64,000 bases of DNA, from assembly GCA_949299135.1 (NCBI GenBank), contig CASFZG010000010.1, positions 11,093 through 75,092 of the forward strand. The letters run 5' to 3'. The notes beneath the pieces are model-generated. The model saw nothing but the letters and a program-made list of their open reading frames with translations. It had not been told where the DNA came from and made no database searches. Source of the stretch: an uncultured Phascolarctobacterium sp. (GTDB lineage Bacteria > Bacillota > Negativicutes > Acidaminococcales > Acidaminococcaceae). Of the stretch, positions 17,452-29,108 are shown one piece after another. A program made the position numbers and the translations under genes. How positions within the stretch are numbered: position 1 is the first letter of the stretch; each line of letters begins with the position of its first letter.

Positions 17452-18765
17452 ATGACTGATGAAAACAAAAAAGTTGATGTGAAGGAAACAGCCGATTCCA
17501 TCATCCGCGAAACCAAGGCTAAATCCAACAACAGCCAGTTTGTTCTGTGGTTTGCGGCGCTGATTCTTGGTGCTGTTTTGGGCTGGATGGGTATCCCGGC
17601 TCTGAATGAATTCTTTAATTTCGTAGCAACCGTATTTACCCGTCTGTTCCAGTTTATTGCGGTTCCTACCATCGCGCTTGCGGTTATCACCACGCTGGCG
17701 GCACTTGGCGGTAACAAAGAAACCGGTATTATTTTTGCACACGCAGTTGTGTACACCTTACTTACTACATTTTTAGCCGCCTTTATCGGTTTGGGCCTGT
17801 ACCTGTACATTGCCCCGGATAACCTGCCGGCTGAAATCGTTAACGCAGGTTCCGACGTTGTTAAAGGACAGAGCGTAGCAGCTCTCAGCTACTATGACCA
17901 CATCCTCGGCGTTATCCCGAACAACGTACTTGCTCCGTTCCTTTCCGGCAACGTACTTTCCGTTATGCTTATTGCTGCTGCAGTTGGTCTGGCACTGGCT
18001 TTCATGCCGAAAACCGAAAACCGCGAAGCACTCCTTAAAATCATTCAGGGCGTTCAGGAACTGGCATTCACCCTTATCCGTGCTATCCTTTATGTTCTGC
18101 CGATTGGTATCGTTGCTTTCGCAGGCCAGCTTTCCGCACAGATTGAAGCAGGCGTAATCGTTGGCGCACTGGGCAAATACACCGCAGTTGTAATGCTCGG
18201 CAACGCTATTCAGTTCTTCATCGTTCTGCCGATTATCCTCATAATCCGCGGCCTTAACCCGATTTACGTTATGCGCCAGATGGGCCAGGCAATCGCTGTT
18301 GCACTCTTTACCAAGAGCTCTGCCGGTACCCTGCCTGTAACCCTGGCATGCTCCGAACAGAACCTGAAATGCAACCCGAAAGTTTCCCGCTTCGTACTGC
18401 CTATCTGCACCACCATCAACATGAATGGCTGCGCAGCTTTCATTCTGGTAACTTCCCTGTTCATTATGCAGAATGCCGGTTTTGAAATGACCATGACCAC
18501 CATGCTGACCTGGGTATGCATTGCAGTTCTTGCTGCAGTAGGCAACGCAGGCGTACCGATGGGCTGCTACTTCCTGACCCTCTCTCTGATGGCAGGCATT
18601 GGCGCACCGATTGGCTTAATGGGTATTATCCTTCCGATTTACACCATTATCGACATGATCGAAACCGCTGAAAACGTATGGTCCGACGCTTGCGTATGCG
18701 CAATGGTTGACCACGACCTTAAAGGCAAACTTTCCGACGACGGCGAAGTTCCGGCTGCTCTGTAA
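17452..18765 (+). CDS. Dicarboxylate/amino acid:cation symporter (DAACS, SstT/GltP-like)
   Basis: Multiple TM helices; ALFTKSSAGTLP, TTINMNG, GNAGVP, DM.ETA.NVWSD. Confidence 0.92.
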   Translation: MTDENKKVDVKETADSIIRETKAKSNNSQFVLWFAALILGAVLGWMGIPALNEFFNFVATVFTRLFQFIAVPTIALAVITTLAALGGNKETGIIFAHAVVYTLLTTFLAAFIGLGLYLYIAPDNLPAEIVNAGSDVVKGQSVAALSYYDHILGVIPNNVLAPFLSGNVLSVMLIAAAVGLALAFMPKTENREALLKIIQGVQELAFTLIRAILYVLPIGIVAFAGQLSAQIEAGVIVGALGKYTAVVMLGNAIQFFIVLPIILIIRGLNPIYVMRQMGQAIAVALFTKSSAGTLPVTLACSEQNLKCNPKVSRFVLPICTTINMNGCAAFILVTSLFIMQNAGFEMTMTTMLTWVCIAVLAAVGNAGVPMGCYFLTLSLMAGIGAPIGLMGIILPIYTIIDMIETAENVWSDACVCAMVDHDLKGKLSDDGEVPAAL

Positions 18766-18780
18766 TTTGCCATAATAAAC

Positions 18781-18816
18781 AAAAAGCACTCTGATTTTAA
18801 ATCAGGGTGCTTTTTT
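18781..18816. terminator. Bidirectional intrinsic terminator
   Basis: AAAAAGCACTCTGAT-tttaa-ATCAGGGTGCTTTTTT. Confidence 0.75.
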
Positions 18817-18832
18817 ATTGCCCAAAACTTTA

Positions 18833-19807
18833 TTAAAACCTGTCAAAAACGGAACGGCTGCCGCACTGCAAACTGCGGGCGGAATAATTCGCCAGCGGAA
18901 TGAAGGTTAAGCGCTGCGCTTCCGGGAACAGATAAAAGCCCGTGTACTGGTAGCCGCTGTGCTGCGTCAGCGTTAAGCGCACCATGCACGGCACGCCGCC
19001 GGATGTGCATTTAAACTGCATGTACTGCGAGTTCAGCCCCTGAAAGGTCTTGTACTCGCCCGCTTCCACCAGCGTTAAATTTTTCAGCTGCTCCGGCAGG
19101 CCGAGCGGCGTTACGTCCACCTGTTCGTAACTGTACTGCGGCGGCGCTTCAAATTCGGTTATCTCGATAACTTCTTCGGCAGGCGTGCCTTTGGCTTTAT
19201 CCGCAGGCAGCGTTATGTGCTTTGTTAGCGGTGCGGGCGGCGGCAGCTGTTTTTTGCCCGCCAGTGCCGCTTTAAAAACCTGCGGCGCATCACCAACAGC
19301 AGCGGCGTTAAAGCTCATCGCCACAGTGTCGCTCACGCCTCTGGCAATCATCGGCCCGCTTACGGGCAAGCCTGCCAGCAAATCGCTGCCGAACGCATAC
19401 GGAATCGCCAGGCTGTAAGCTGCGCCTTCTTTATTCACATAGTAAGTAAAATCAGTCGGTTTGGTTAAGTACCATTTTTCCTGCGGCGGCGTTATTTTAA
19501 CCGTTTTTCGCACTACGCGCGGTTCTTTTTTAACCTGCTGCGCAGTTTTTTCTTTGGCTTCGCCCTTCTGGGCGGATTTTACGTTCTGTGCGGTTTTTAC
19601 ATTGCCGTTTTGCACCTGCGTTTTATCTATAACCGGCGGCTTTTTGGCCGCTTCGCTGCTTTCTTTTGCTTCCGGCGCGTTCAGCTGCGCATTGACCGCT
19701 GCCAGCATATCAGACGTGATGGCGTTGGGCGCGTGCTGCACTTCTGCCGCCTGTACGCCGCCTGTCAACAGCAGGCACGCCGTTAAAATACCGATAGTTT
19801 TCTTCAT
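18833..19807 (-). CDS. Secreted hypothetical protein with a Lys/Ala/Gln-rich low-complexity N-terminus
   Basis: MKK signal peptide; lies directly after mnmA in the same operon. Confidence 0.6.
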   Translation of the reverse strand: MKKTIGILTACLLLTGGVQAAEVQHAPNAITSDMLAAVNAQLNAPEAKESSEAAKKPPVIDKTQVQNGNVKTAQNVKSAQKGEAKEKTAQQVKKEPRVVRKTVKITPPQEKWYLTKPTDFTYYVNKEGAAYSLAIPYAFGSDLLAGLPVSGPMIARGVSDTVAMSFNAAAVGDAPQVFKAALAGKKQLPPPAPLTKHITLPADKAKGTPAEEVIEITEFEAPPQYSYEQVDVTPLGLPEQLKNLTLVEAGEYKTFQGLNSQYMQFKCTSGGVPCMVRLTLTQHSGYQYTGFYLFPEAQRLTFIPLANYSARSLQCGSRSVFDRF

Positions 19808-19810
19808 GGT

Positions 19811-20889
<1,079 letters not shown>

Positions 20890-20893
<4 letters not shown>

Positions 20894-21480
20894 TGCTTTT
20901 CAAAACCGGCGCAGATTTCGTTAATCTTCGCTTCGTCCACACGCATGGCGGCAATGGTTTTTTCAAACAGCTCGTCCAGCGTCCAGCCAAGCATTTCCGC
21001 GCCCTGCGCGATAACCTCGCGGTGGCAGCCCGCAGCAAATTTTTTATCCTTAAACTTTTTCTTCAGCGATTTTACTTCCATATCGCTGACGCTTTTGGAC
21101 GGGCGCATTAAAGCCGCCGCGCCGATGAGGCCGGTCAGTTCGTCAGCCGCAAACAGCACCTTTTCCATCTGATGTTCCGGCGCAATATCCACGCATAAGC
21201 CGTAGCCGTGGCACGCCGTAGCGCGGATGAGTTTTTCGTCAATGCCGCGTTCGCGCATAATCTCCTGCGATTTTACGCAGTGCTGTTCCGGGTACATTTC
21301 AAAATCAAGGTCGTGCAGTAAACCTGCCAGCGCCCAAAAATCGGCTTCATCGCCGTAGCCAAGCTCATTGGCGTACCAGCGCATAACGCCCTCCACCGTC
21401 AGCGCATGGCGCAGATGAAACGGGTCCTTGTTATATTCATTTAATAATTCCCAGGCCTGTTCGCGTGTTAAGTTCTCCAT
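20890..21480 (-). CDS. HD-superfamily (HDIG-type) hydrolase
   Basis: H.L.VE..M, GLLHDLD, H.., LFAADELTG, KKKFKDK.FA. Confidence 0.85.
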
Positions 21481-21524
21481 AAAAAATTCCTCCCAGATAT
21501 TTATCGCAAAAGTTTTAAACGGCT

Positions 21525-21956
21525 TTATTTACAGCAGCATTTTTCGTCCTGCCACTGCATTAAATCGGCCAGCGTGATGTTATCGACGACGCCGTTAATC
21601 GCGTTACCGATGCGCCGCCACACCTCCGTCGTTACGCAGTCGTCCACGCGCGGGCAGCTTGCCGGATGCACCGACGCCGCACACGCTACCGGGGCAAGGT
21701 CGCCCTCCAGCACGCGCAGAATCTCGCCCACCGTGCAGGCTTCCGGTTCCTTTGCCAGTTTATAACCGCCCTGCGCGCCGCGGGCGCTTACCACCAGCCC
21801 CGCCTTGCTTAAACGGCTGATAATCTGCTCCAGATACTTGTCCGAAATATCCTGCCGCAGCGAAATTTCCTTAACCGGAGTGTAGCCGTATTGATGATTG
21901 TTTGCCAAATCGAGCATTAAGCGCAAAGCGTAACGCCCCTTAGTTGAAATCTTCAT
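21525..21956 (-). CDS. Rrf2-family regulator (IscR/CymR-like, three conserved Cys)
   Basis: MKISTKGRYALR.M.DLA, YLEQI...L...GLV.S.RGA.GGY.L, C.....C....C. Confidence 0.92.
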   Translation of the reverse strand: MKISTKGRYALRLMLDLANNHQYGYTPVKEISLRQDISDKYLEQIISRLSKAGLVVSARGAQGGYKLAKEPEACTVGEILRVLEGDLAPVACAASVHPASCPRVDDCVTTEVWRRIGNAINGVVDNITLADLMQWQDEKCCCK

Positions 21957-22141
21957 GCCCAAACTCCTTTCGTAAAAATATTTTACTACTAACGCAGTAG
22001 GAATTCAATAAAAACTTGTTTTTTCACCATCCCGCCCACGGCGGATAAAATAAAAAATTAACGGTTTTTTATTTTGGCTGTATGTGTTAAAATAAAAGCA
22101 TAAATTTCATTTAAAAAAACTATAAGCCGGAGGCGTTGACA

Positions 22142-22489
22142 ATGGAAAATAAAGAAAACATGGATATTGAAAAAGAGTTTCAGCATTATCTTGATATTTT
22201 TAAAAAGGACAAGGAGCTTGGCAAGGCGTTGAGCCTTGTTTCCTTCCCGGCGCTGTTCAACGATAAATTTTTGCAGGAGCACAGCAAATTCACTTCGCTG
22301 AACGATCTGGTCATCCGCAGCGGCTTCGGCATTATGAACCTGCTGGAGGTTGAAAACGTAAACCAGGAAAAATGGAACGCTTACATTGCCAAAAACAGCA
22401 ACTGCACCACCTGGTACGAGTTTGGCAAGCTGGCGATGATTGAATGGATGAAAGCCAAAATTGAGGAAGTAAAAAACGCAGCCAACTGA
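22142..22489 (+). CDS. Conserved hypothetical protein
   Basis: GGAGG RBS; LFND.FL..HS.F.S..DL...SGF pattern. Confidence 0.6.
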   Translation: MENKENMDIEKEFQHYLDIFKKDKELGKALSLVSFPALFNDKFLQEHSKFTSLNDLVIRSGFGIMNLLEVENVNQEKWNAYIAKNSNCTTWYEFGKLAMIEWMKAKIEEVKNAAN

Positions 22490-22520
22490 TTTAAATCCGG
22501 CGGAAAGGATGTGAACCCGC

Positions 22521-23462
22521 GTGGATATTGTACTGCATGCGTTTGAAGGCGTTTTTACCGTCAGCCTGATGGTGCTGGCAGGCTATTACCTTGGCAGCCA
22601 CCACTGGTTTTCGGACGAAAGCCTGAACCTGATTTCCAAACTGATTACCAAAATCTGTCTGCCGTTATATATGATTGTCAATTTAACGGAAACGCTGACG
22701 CACGACACGGTTATCCAGATGAGCAGCGGCCTGCCGGTCGCCGTTTCGTCGATGATTATCTGCTTTATCGTGGGCCAGCTTGTTGTGCGCTTTGCCAATA
22801 TCCCCAGGGGAAGGCGCGGCGTTCTGGCAGCAGTATTTTTTGTTACCAACACAATTTTAATCGGCCTGCCGTTATCAACGGAATTGTTCGGCACCAAATG
22901 CATACCGTTTGTGCTGGTTTACTACATGGCCAACACTGTAGTGTTCTGGGTTGTAGCGGCGCATATCATCGCCGTGGACGGCAGCGAAAAAGTACCGCCG
23001 CTGTTTAGCCTGCAAACCTTAAAGCACATTATTAACCCGCCGCTGGCCGGTTTTGCCATCGGTTTTACGCTGGTGATGCTGGAGCTGCATCTGCCGCACC
23101 CGCTGCTCGTTTCGTTCCGCTACATGGGCAACATGACGACGCCGCTGGCGATGCTGTTTATCGGCGCGGTTGTCAGCAACGCGGACTGGAGCAAAATCCA
23201 TTTTGACCGCATGATTTTGCTGGCGCTGTTCGGGCGCTTTGTTGTGTGCCCGCTGGGCATTATTTTAATGGCGCCGCTGGTTGGCATACCGCCCTTGATG
23301 ACGCAGGTATTTACCATTCAGGCAGCCATGCCTGCGCCTTCCGTTTTGCCGGTGCTTGCCAAAAACTACGGCGCAGATTACGAATATGCGGCGACGCTGA
23401 CGGTTGTTACCACCGTGCTGGCGATTGTTGTTATGCCGTTTTATATGTGGGTTGTTTCGTAA
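22521..23462 (+). CDS. AEC (auxin efflux carrier/malate permease) family transporter
   Basis: About 10 TM helices; N....GLPL..LFG, NPPL.G, GN.TTPLAML.IG, MP.P......A..YG.D. Confidence 0.9.
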   Translation: MDIVLHAFEGVFTVSLMVLAGYYLGSHHWFSDESLNLISKLITKICLPLYMIVNLTETLTHDTVIQMSSGLPVAVSSMIICFIVGQLVVRFANIPRGRRGVLAAVFFVTNTILIGLPLSTELFGTKCIPFVLVYYMANTVVFWVVAAHIIAVDGSEKVPPLFSLQTLKHIINPPLAGFAIGFTLVMLELHLPHPLLVSFRYMGNMTTPLAMLFIGAVVSNADWSKIHFDRMILLALFGRFVVCPLGIILMAPLVGIPPLMTQVFTIQAAMPAPSVLPVLAKNYGADYEYAATLTVVTTVLAIVVMPFYMWVVS

Positions 23463-23546
23463 GCGTTTGCCTTTTTAGATATTTTACGAACAAATTTTCA
23501 TAAATATGCTTGACAAAATGTGATGTTCGTTTTATTATATTTATAA

Positions 23547-23560
23547 CGAACAGATGTTTT
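23547..23560 (+). promoter_or_regulatory. LexA (SOS/Cheo) box upstream of the yneA-like gene
   Basis: CGAACAGATGTTTT matches the Firmicute CGAAC-N4-GTTY consensus. A weaker copy, CGAACAAATTTTCA, is at 23487, and a TTGACA -35 is at 23510. Confidence 0.65.
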
Positions 23561-23579
23561 GAAAGGCAGTTGATTATTT

Positions 23580-23894
23580 ATGAAAAAGCTTATAACTGTA
23601 ATTATGGCAAGCCTTTTATTATACAGCGGCTATGTTTTGGGCACCTGCGCCGCAGCTGATGAAGTTTACACCACCAAAACCGTAACCGTGTACAGCGGTG
23701 ACACCATGTGGGATATTGCCTCCCGCTGGACGGAGGACGGCGAGGACGTGCGCGCGGTTATCTACCGCATTTGCGAAGCCAACGGGCTGGCAAGCACCGA
23801 CTTGCAGCCGGGGCAGAAAATTATCGTGCCGGTGCGCGTACAGCTTAACGATGCCAACATGATGCTTGCCGAAGCAGCGAACAACCATTTATAA
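23580..23894 (+). CDS. LysM-domain membrane protein, YneA-like SOS cell-division inhibitor
   Basis: N-terminal TM plus a LysM domain (V.SGDTMWDIA.......I...N.L....LQPGQ.I.VP), with an upstream SOS box. Confidence 0.7.
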   Translation: MKKLITVIMASLLLYSGYVLGTCAAADEVYTTKTVTVYSGDTMWDIASRWTEDGEDVRAVIYRICEANGLASTDLQPGQKIIVPVRVQLNDANMMLAEAANNHL

Positions 23895-23940
23895 AAAGCC
23901 AAACAAAAAGAGGACTGATAATTTTATCAGCCCTCTTTTT

Positions 23941-25131
23941 TTATTTCTGCTGCCATTTGCCGGTCAGCACTTTTAAGTAGTTTACTTTATCCGTATCACC
24001 TTCGGTGCTTATCAGCAGCACGCAGGAGCTTTCGTTTAAGCCTAACGCCTCACGCAGCGGCGCAAGCTCATGCTCCGTCATAATAGCGTCCAGCACGCCA
24101 GCCGTTACCGCTCCCGATTCGCCGGAAACCACCCGCGCGTCACCAGCCGGCGGCTTACCCAAAAGGCACATGCCGCGCGCCGCGTATTCGTCGCTGCACG
24201 CCACAAACGCCGACGCAAAATTATCGATTATATCCCAGCTTACCGTGCAAGGCTCGCCGCAGCAAAGCCCCGCCATCATGCTGTCCATTTTGCCGCCGAC
24301 CTTGTGGATTTGCCCGTCGCCCGCTGCCGCCGTTTTATACAGGCACGCCGCCTTATCCGGCTCGCAGATAACCGTAACCGGCGTTTTACCGCCCCACAGA
24401 GCAGCAAAATAACCAAGCACAGCGCCCGCCATGCTGCCAACGCCCGCCTGCAAAAACAAATGCGTCGGCACTTCACCGTTAAGCTGCGCGGCAATCTCCT
24501 GCGCCATCGTTGTATAGCCCTGCATAATCCACGTAGGTATTTCCTCGTAGCCCGGCCACGCAGTGTCCTGCACCATCACCCAGCCGTGCTTTTTGCTCAT
24601 GGCGTAAGCAAGGCGCACCGCGCTGTCATAATTAAATTTGGTAATCTCCGCTTCTGCGCCCAGCGCGCGGATGTTGTTCAAGCGTTCCAAACTGCTGCCT
24701 TCCGGCAGATATACAACCGCCTTGTGCCCCAAAAGCTTTGCCGCCCATGCCACGCCGCGCCCGTGATTGCCGTCTGTCGCCGTTACAAAGGTAATCCGCC
24801 CCAGCTTTTGGCGGGCTTCATCACTGCGCAGAATGTTAAAAGCGTTTTCATCCACCGGTATGCCCAGTTTGCCGCACAGATATCTGGCAATGGCGTAGCT
24901 GCCGCCCAGCGCTTTAAAAGCGTTCAGCCCAAAGCGTTTGCTTTCGTCCTTAACCCATATTTTGCTAACACTAATTTTTTGCGCCCATGCAGGCAAATTT
25001 ACCAGCGGCGTTGCCGCATAGCCTTCAATGCCGCTGTGGAACTTCTGCGCCATATCCGCTTGCGCAGGCGTTACGCTTTGCAGCCCCGCCTCACTGCGCG
25101 CACCTTTATGAAGTACATAATCAAATGCCAT
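23941..25131 (-). CDS. dpaL: Diaminopropionate ammonia-lyase
   Basis: KDES.RFGLNAFKALGGSYA, TATDGNHGRGVAW, QDTAW.GYE.IP..IMQGY, QAGVGSMA, SGESGA, STEGDTD. Confidence 0.92.
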   Translation of the reverse strand: MAFDYVLHKGARSEAGLQSVTPAQADMAQKFHSGIEGYAATPLVNLPAWAQKISVSKIWVKDESKRFGLNAFKALGGSYAIARYLCGKLGIPVDENAFNILRSDEARQKLGRITFVTATDGNHGRGVAWAAKLLGHKAVVYLPEGSSLERLNNIRALGAEAEITKFNYDSAVRLAYAMSKKHGWVMVQDTAWPGYEEIPTWIMQGYTTMAQEIAAQLNGEVPTHLFLQAGVGSMAGAVLGYFAALWGGKTPVTVICEPDKAACLYKTAAAGDGQIHKVGGKMDSMMAGLCCGEPCTVSWDIIDNFASAFVACSDEYAARGMCLLGKPPAGDARVVSGESGAVTAGVLDAIMTEHELAPLREALGLNESSCVLLISTEGDTDKVNYLKVLTGKWQQK

Positions 25132-25199
25132 AATCCACCCCGTATACCAAAACGGCACAGCCTTTAAAGCTGTGCCGTTGTTATTAAGTTAAGCCAATC

Positions 25200-26483
25200 T
25201 TAAAACAGTTTTTTCAAAACCATGGTCTGTTCGCGGTCCGGGCCGACGGAAACAATGCCGATTTCCACGCCTGCCACTTCGCTCATGCGTTTTAAATATT
25301 TTTTGCAGTTTTCCGGCAGGTCCTCATATTTGCGGATACCGCTGATGTCGGTCATCCAGCCTTCAAACTCCTCGTAAACCGGTTCAACCTGACCCAATAC
25401 CTTCAAGCTGGCCGGAATTTGTTTAATTTCTTCGCCGTTCAGCTTATAGCCGACGCACATTTTAATAACCGGCAGGTCGTCCAGAATATCCAGACGGGTT
25501 ACGGCAAGGCAGTCAAGGCTGTTAACGCGCGCGCTGTATTTCAGCATAAATGCATCCAGCCAGCCGCAGCGGCGCGGACGGCCGGTAACGGTGCCGTATT
25601 CGTGTCCGCGTTCACGCAGCATATCGCCGTCAGCGTTCAGCTGCTCGCAAACAAACGGGCCTTCGCCTACGCGGGTGGTGTAAGCCTTAACAACGCCAAC
25701 CACATGGTTGATGCACAGCGGGCCAACGCCGCTGCCGGTTGCCGCATTGGCAGCAGTCGGGTTAGAGCTGGTTACATACGGGTAGGTGCCGTGGTCAATA
25801 TCAAGGAAGGTTGCCTGCGCGCCTTCAAACAGCACGTTTTTGCCTGCCTCAAACACTTCGCCCAAAACTACGCCGGTGTCGCAAACATGCGGGCGCAGTT
25901 CTTCGGCATAAGCCAGGTATTCTTTTAAAACAGTGTCATAGTCAAACGGTTCAGCGCCGTAAATTTTGGTAATAATGGCGTTTTTAGCCTCAAGGTTTAC
26001 GCGCAGCTTTTCGGCAAAGGTGTCGGGCTCCATTAAATCGCATACGCGGATGCCGGTGCGGGCCACCTTATCCATATAGCAGGGGCCGATGCCACCTTTG
26101 GTGGTGCCGATTTTATGGTCGCCGAGCGCTGCTTCCTGCAATTCATCAAGGCGCATGTGATAAGGCATTACCACATGGCTGCGGTCAGAAATAAGCAGGT
26201 TGCTGCAATCAATGCCCTGCTCCTTCATGCCGGCAATTTCTGCCAGCACAACAGCCGGGTTAATAACAACGCCGTTGCCCAAAATGTTAATTTTATCTTT
26301 GTACAAAACGCCGGAGGGCAACAGGCGCAGCTTGTAGGCAACATCGTCTACAACAACGGTGTGCCCTGCGTTAGAGCCGCCGGAATAACGCACAACGGCG
26401 TCAGCCTTCTGAGCCAGGTAATCAACAATCTTGCCTTTGCCTTCATCGCCCCACTGGGCGCCGATAACTACAACAGATGACAT
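25200..26483 (-). CDS. purA: Adenylosuccinate synthetase
   Basis: GAQWGDEGKGK, GG.NAGHT, IGTTKGGIGP, EGAQ...LDID.GTYPYVTSS, TVTGRPRRCGW. Confidence 0.98.
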   Translation of the reverse strand: MSSVVVIGAQWGDEGKGKIVDYLAQKADAVVRYSGGSNAGHTVVVDDVAYKLRLLPSGVLYKDKINILGNGVVINPAVVLAEIAGMKEQGIDCSNLLISDRSHVVMPYHMRLDELQEAALGDHKIGTTKGGIGPCYMDKVARTGIRVCDLMEPDTFAEKLRVNLEAKNAIITKIYGAEPFDYDTVLKEYLAYAEELRPHVCDTGVVLGEVFEAGKNVLFEGAQATFLDIDHGTYPYVTSSNPTAANAATGSGVGPLCINHVVGVVKAYTTRVGEGPFVCEQLNADGDMLRERGHEYGTVTGRPRRCGWLDAFMLKYSARVNSLDCLAVTRLDILDDLPVIKMCVGYKLNGEEIKQIPASLKVLGQVEPVYEEFEGWMTDISGIRKYEDLPENCKKYLKRMSEVAGVEIGIVSVGPDREQTMVLKKLF

Positions 26484-26503
26484 AACAATCTCTCCTTATA
26501 TAA

Positions 26504-27796
26504 TCATAATCCGAAGCGTGCCATAATAAGGTCTATATTACGCAGCATCGGCCTGGGGTCAAAGCAGTGCTCAATTTCTTCATCGGTAAGGTATTTTTTA
26601 ATATCGGGGTCGTGCTCAACATTGGTTTTAAAGTCTGCGCCTTCCAGCCAGCGCGCCATAGCGTTGCGCTGAACCCATTTATAAGCGTCTTCGCGCAGCA
26701 CGCCTTTGGTTACCAGGGCAATCAAAAGGTTCTGGCTGAAGATAAGGCCGCCTGTTTTGTTCATGTTGGCAATCATGGCGTCCGGGTAAACTAAAAGTTT
26801 ATCCACAATGTTGATGAATTTGCGCAGCATATGGTCAAGCGCAATGGTAGCGTCCGGCAAAATAACCCTTTCTACGGAAGAATGGGAAATATCGCGTTCG
26901 TGCCACAGGGTAACGTCCTCCAGTGCGGCAACGGCGTAACCGCGCAGCAGCCTTGCCATACCGGAAATTTTTTCGCAGGTAATCGGGTTGCGTTTATGCG
27001 GCATTGCGGAGCTGCCTTTCTGCCCCGGGGCAAAATATTCTTCCGCCTCGCGGATATCGGTGCGCTGCAAATTGCGGATTTCGGTTGCCATTTTTTCCAG
27101 CGAAGAGCCGATAATGGCAATGGTGGTTAAATAATCGGCGTGGCGGTCGCGCTGAATAACCTGGGTTGCCAGACGTGCAGCCTTAATGCCGAGCTTTTCG
27201 CAAACATATTCTTCCACAAACGGGTCGATGTTGGAATAGGTGCCAACCGCGCCGGAAAGCTTGCCGACGGAGATGAACTCGCGCGCCTGTTTTAAGCGTT
27301 CCATATTGCGTTCGGTTTCGTCCATCCACAGTGCAAATTTCAGGCCGAAAGTCATCGGTTCGGCGTGAATGCCGTGGGTGCGGCCAATCATAATGGTGTG
27401 CTTGTGTTCTGCGGCGCGGCGTTTTAAAACCTCGTGCAGTTTTTCAAGTAAGCCCATTAAAATATCGGCAGACTGTTGCATCATTACGCCCATAGCGGTG
27501 TCCTTAACGTCGCTGCTGGTTAAGCCCTTATGGATGTACTTGGAAGCGTCGCCGACATATTCAGCCACATTGGTTAAAAAGGCGATAATGTCGTGGTTGG
27601 TAACTGCCTCAATTTCTTTAATGCGCTCAATGCGGAAATCAGCCTTCGTCTGAATATCGTGCAAAGCGTCGTCCGGCACAATGCCGAGCTTGTTCATAGC
27701 CTCGCAGGCTAAAATTTCCACCTTCAGCATAGTGCGGAATTCATTTTCCAGCGTCCAGATATGGCCCATTTCCGGACTGGTATAACGTTCAATCAT
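26504..27796 (-). CDS. purB: Adenylosuccinate lyase
   Basis: MIERY, HKGLTSSD, GRTHGIHAEP, GSSAMPHKRNP, WHERDISHSSVER. Confidence 0.98.
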   Translation of the reverse strand: MIERYTSPEMGHIWTLENEFRTMLKVEILACEAMNKLGIVPDDALHDIQTKADFRIERIKEIEAVTNHDIIAFLTNVAEYVGDASKYIHKGLTSSDVKDTAMGVMMQQSADILMGLLEKLHEVLKRRAAEHKHTIMIGRTHGIHAEPMTFGLKFALWMDETERNMERLKQAREFISVGKLSGAVGTYSNIDPFVEEYVCEKLGIKAARLATQVIQRDRHADYLTTIAIIGSSLEKMATEIRNLQRTDIREAEEYFAPGQKGSSAMPHKRNPITCEKISGMARLLRGYAVAALEDVTLWHERDISHSSVERVILPDATIALDHMLRKFINIVDKLLVYPDAMIANMNKTGGLIFSQNLLIALVTKGVLREDAYKWVQRNAMARWLEGADFKTNVEHDPDIKKYLTDEEIEHCFDPRPMLRNIDLIMARFGL

Positions 27797-27974
27797 TTTT
27801 TTGCCCCCCATACGGTTTTTTACAATAAGAAACAGGAAGAAGCCTCCTTTGTGCCCTTCCTTAACGACAAAACTTATTATCCTCTTTTATCATACCATTT
27901 ATAACACATAACCGCAAGGCTATACGTGTTTTTTGTAAAAATATTCCTTGCGAAAAACAAAACGGCACCGCCGA

Positions 27975-29108
27975 TTAAACAGTGCCGCCGTAATAAAACA
28001 GGTACAGTGCATACAGCGCCGCCAGAAATATTAAGTTATCCACGGTAAAAATCGCTAAATACTGCCGCCTTAAATGCGGATATTTTGCCGCCACCTGCTT
28101 GTAGGAGATAAGGCTTGCCATCGACGCTATCAGCGTGCCCAGCCCGCCCATGTTGGTGCCCACGATGAGCGCTGCGTAATTATCGCTGTAACCGCTAAGC
28201 AGCATCGCCGCCGGCACATTGCTGATAACCTGGCTGACGAGGACGCTTATCAGTACCTCGTTGCCCGTTAAAATGCTGCCGATAAAATCGTGCAGGCTGC
28301 CGATGTGGTTCATGTTGCCGACGAAAATAAAAAAGAATAAAAATGTAAGCAAAAGCGAATAATCAATCTGTGCAAACAGCTTTTTATTTTTGTACAGCAG
28401 CGCCGCCGTAACAACTGCCAGAAGTACAAGGTGCGGCACAAAATGCGCCACCGTTAAAACGCACAGCGTAAACAGCACAAGGTAAAACGCCACGGCGCGT
28501 TTGTCGTTAAGCTGCTCCGTGCGCATATCAAGCTGCAAATGCTCCTCCGGGTAAAACACAACCACAATCACCGTCAGCATAAACGCCGCAAGCCCGGTAT
28601 ACAGCCACATCAGCTCCAAAAAATCGGGCACGCCCATGCCGGAAAGCGAAAACAGATACAAATTCTGCGGGTTGCCAATCGGCGTAAACATGCTGCCAAG
28701 GTTCGCGGCAATCGTCATCAGCGTTATCGTGCCGCACATTTTATCCGTCAGGTTAATCATTTCCAAAATCATAATGCCAAAGGGCACAAAGGTAATGAGC
28801 GAAACGTCGTTAGTGATGAACATGCTGCTGATAAAACACAAAAACACCAGCGTAAACACAATGCCGCGGCGCGTTTTTACCTTAATTAAAATGCGGCTGC
28901 CGATAAACTGCAAAAAATTCTGTCCGCGCAGCCCTTCAATAATCAGCATCAGGCAAAACAGCATTATCAGCGTGTTAAAATCAATATAGCGCAGGTATTG
29001 CAGGCTCGGCGGCTCAATCAGGCAGCTTAAAAGCGCCAGCACCAGCGATACGCTTAAAACGGCGTCGCCGCGCAGATAATTTTTAATTTTTTGCGCCACC
29101 TGCTTCAC
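27975..29108 (-). CDS. SLC13/ArsB/CitM (IT superfamily) permease; start approximate
   Basis: SMFITND, AANLGS..TPIGNPQN, SQVISNVPAA, GTN.GG.GTLIAS.A. Confidence 0.85.
   Translation of the reverse strand: MKQVAQKIKNYLRGDAVLSVSLVLALLSCLIEPPSLQYLRYIDFNTLIMLFCLMLIIEGLRGQNFLQFIGSRILIKVKTRRGIVFTLVFLCFISSMFITNDVSLITFVPFGIMILEMINLTDKMCGTITLMTIAANLGSMFTPIGNPQNLYLFSLSGMGVPDFLELMWLYTGLAAFMLTVIVVVFYPEEHLQLDMRTEQLNDKRAVAFYLVLFTLCVLTVAHFVPHLVLLAVVTAALLYKNKKLFAQIDYSLLLTFLFFFIFVGNMNHIGSLHDFIGSILTGNEVLISVLVSQVISNVPAAMLLSGYSDNYAALIVGTNMGGLGTLIASMASLISYKQVAAKYPHLRRQYLAIFTVDNLIFLAALYALYLFYYGGTV

Noticed and set aside
24070-25167. 365-aa plus-strand ORF
   Set aside because: Lies entirely antisense to dpaL; Arg/His/Ala-rich shadow translation with no domain.
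27800-27970. Possible purine or ZTP riboswitch upstream of purB-purA
   Set aside because: No recognisable aptamer core or expression-platform terminator.
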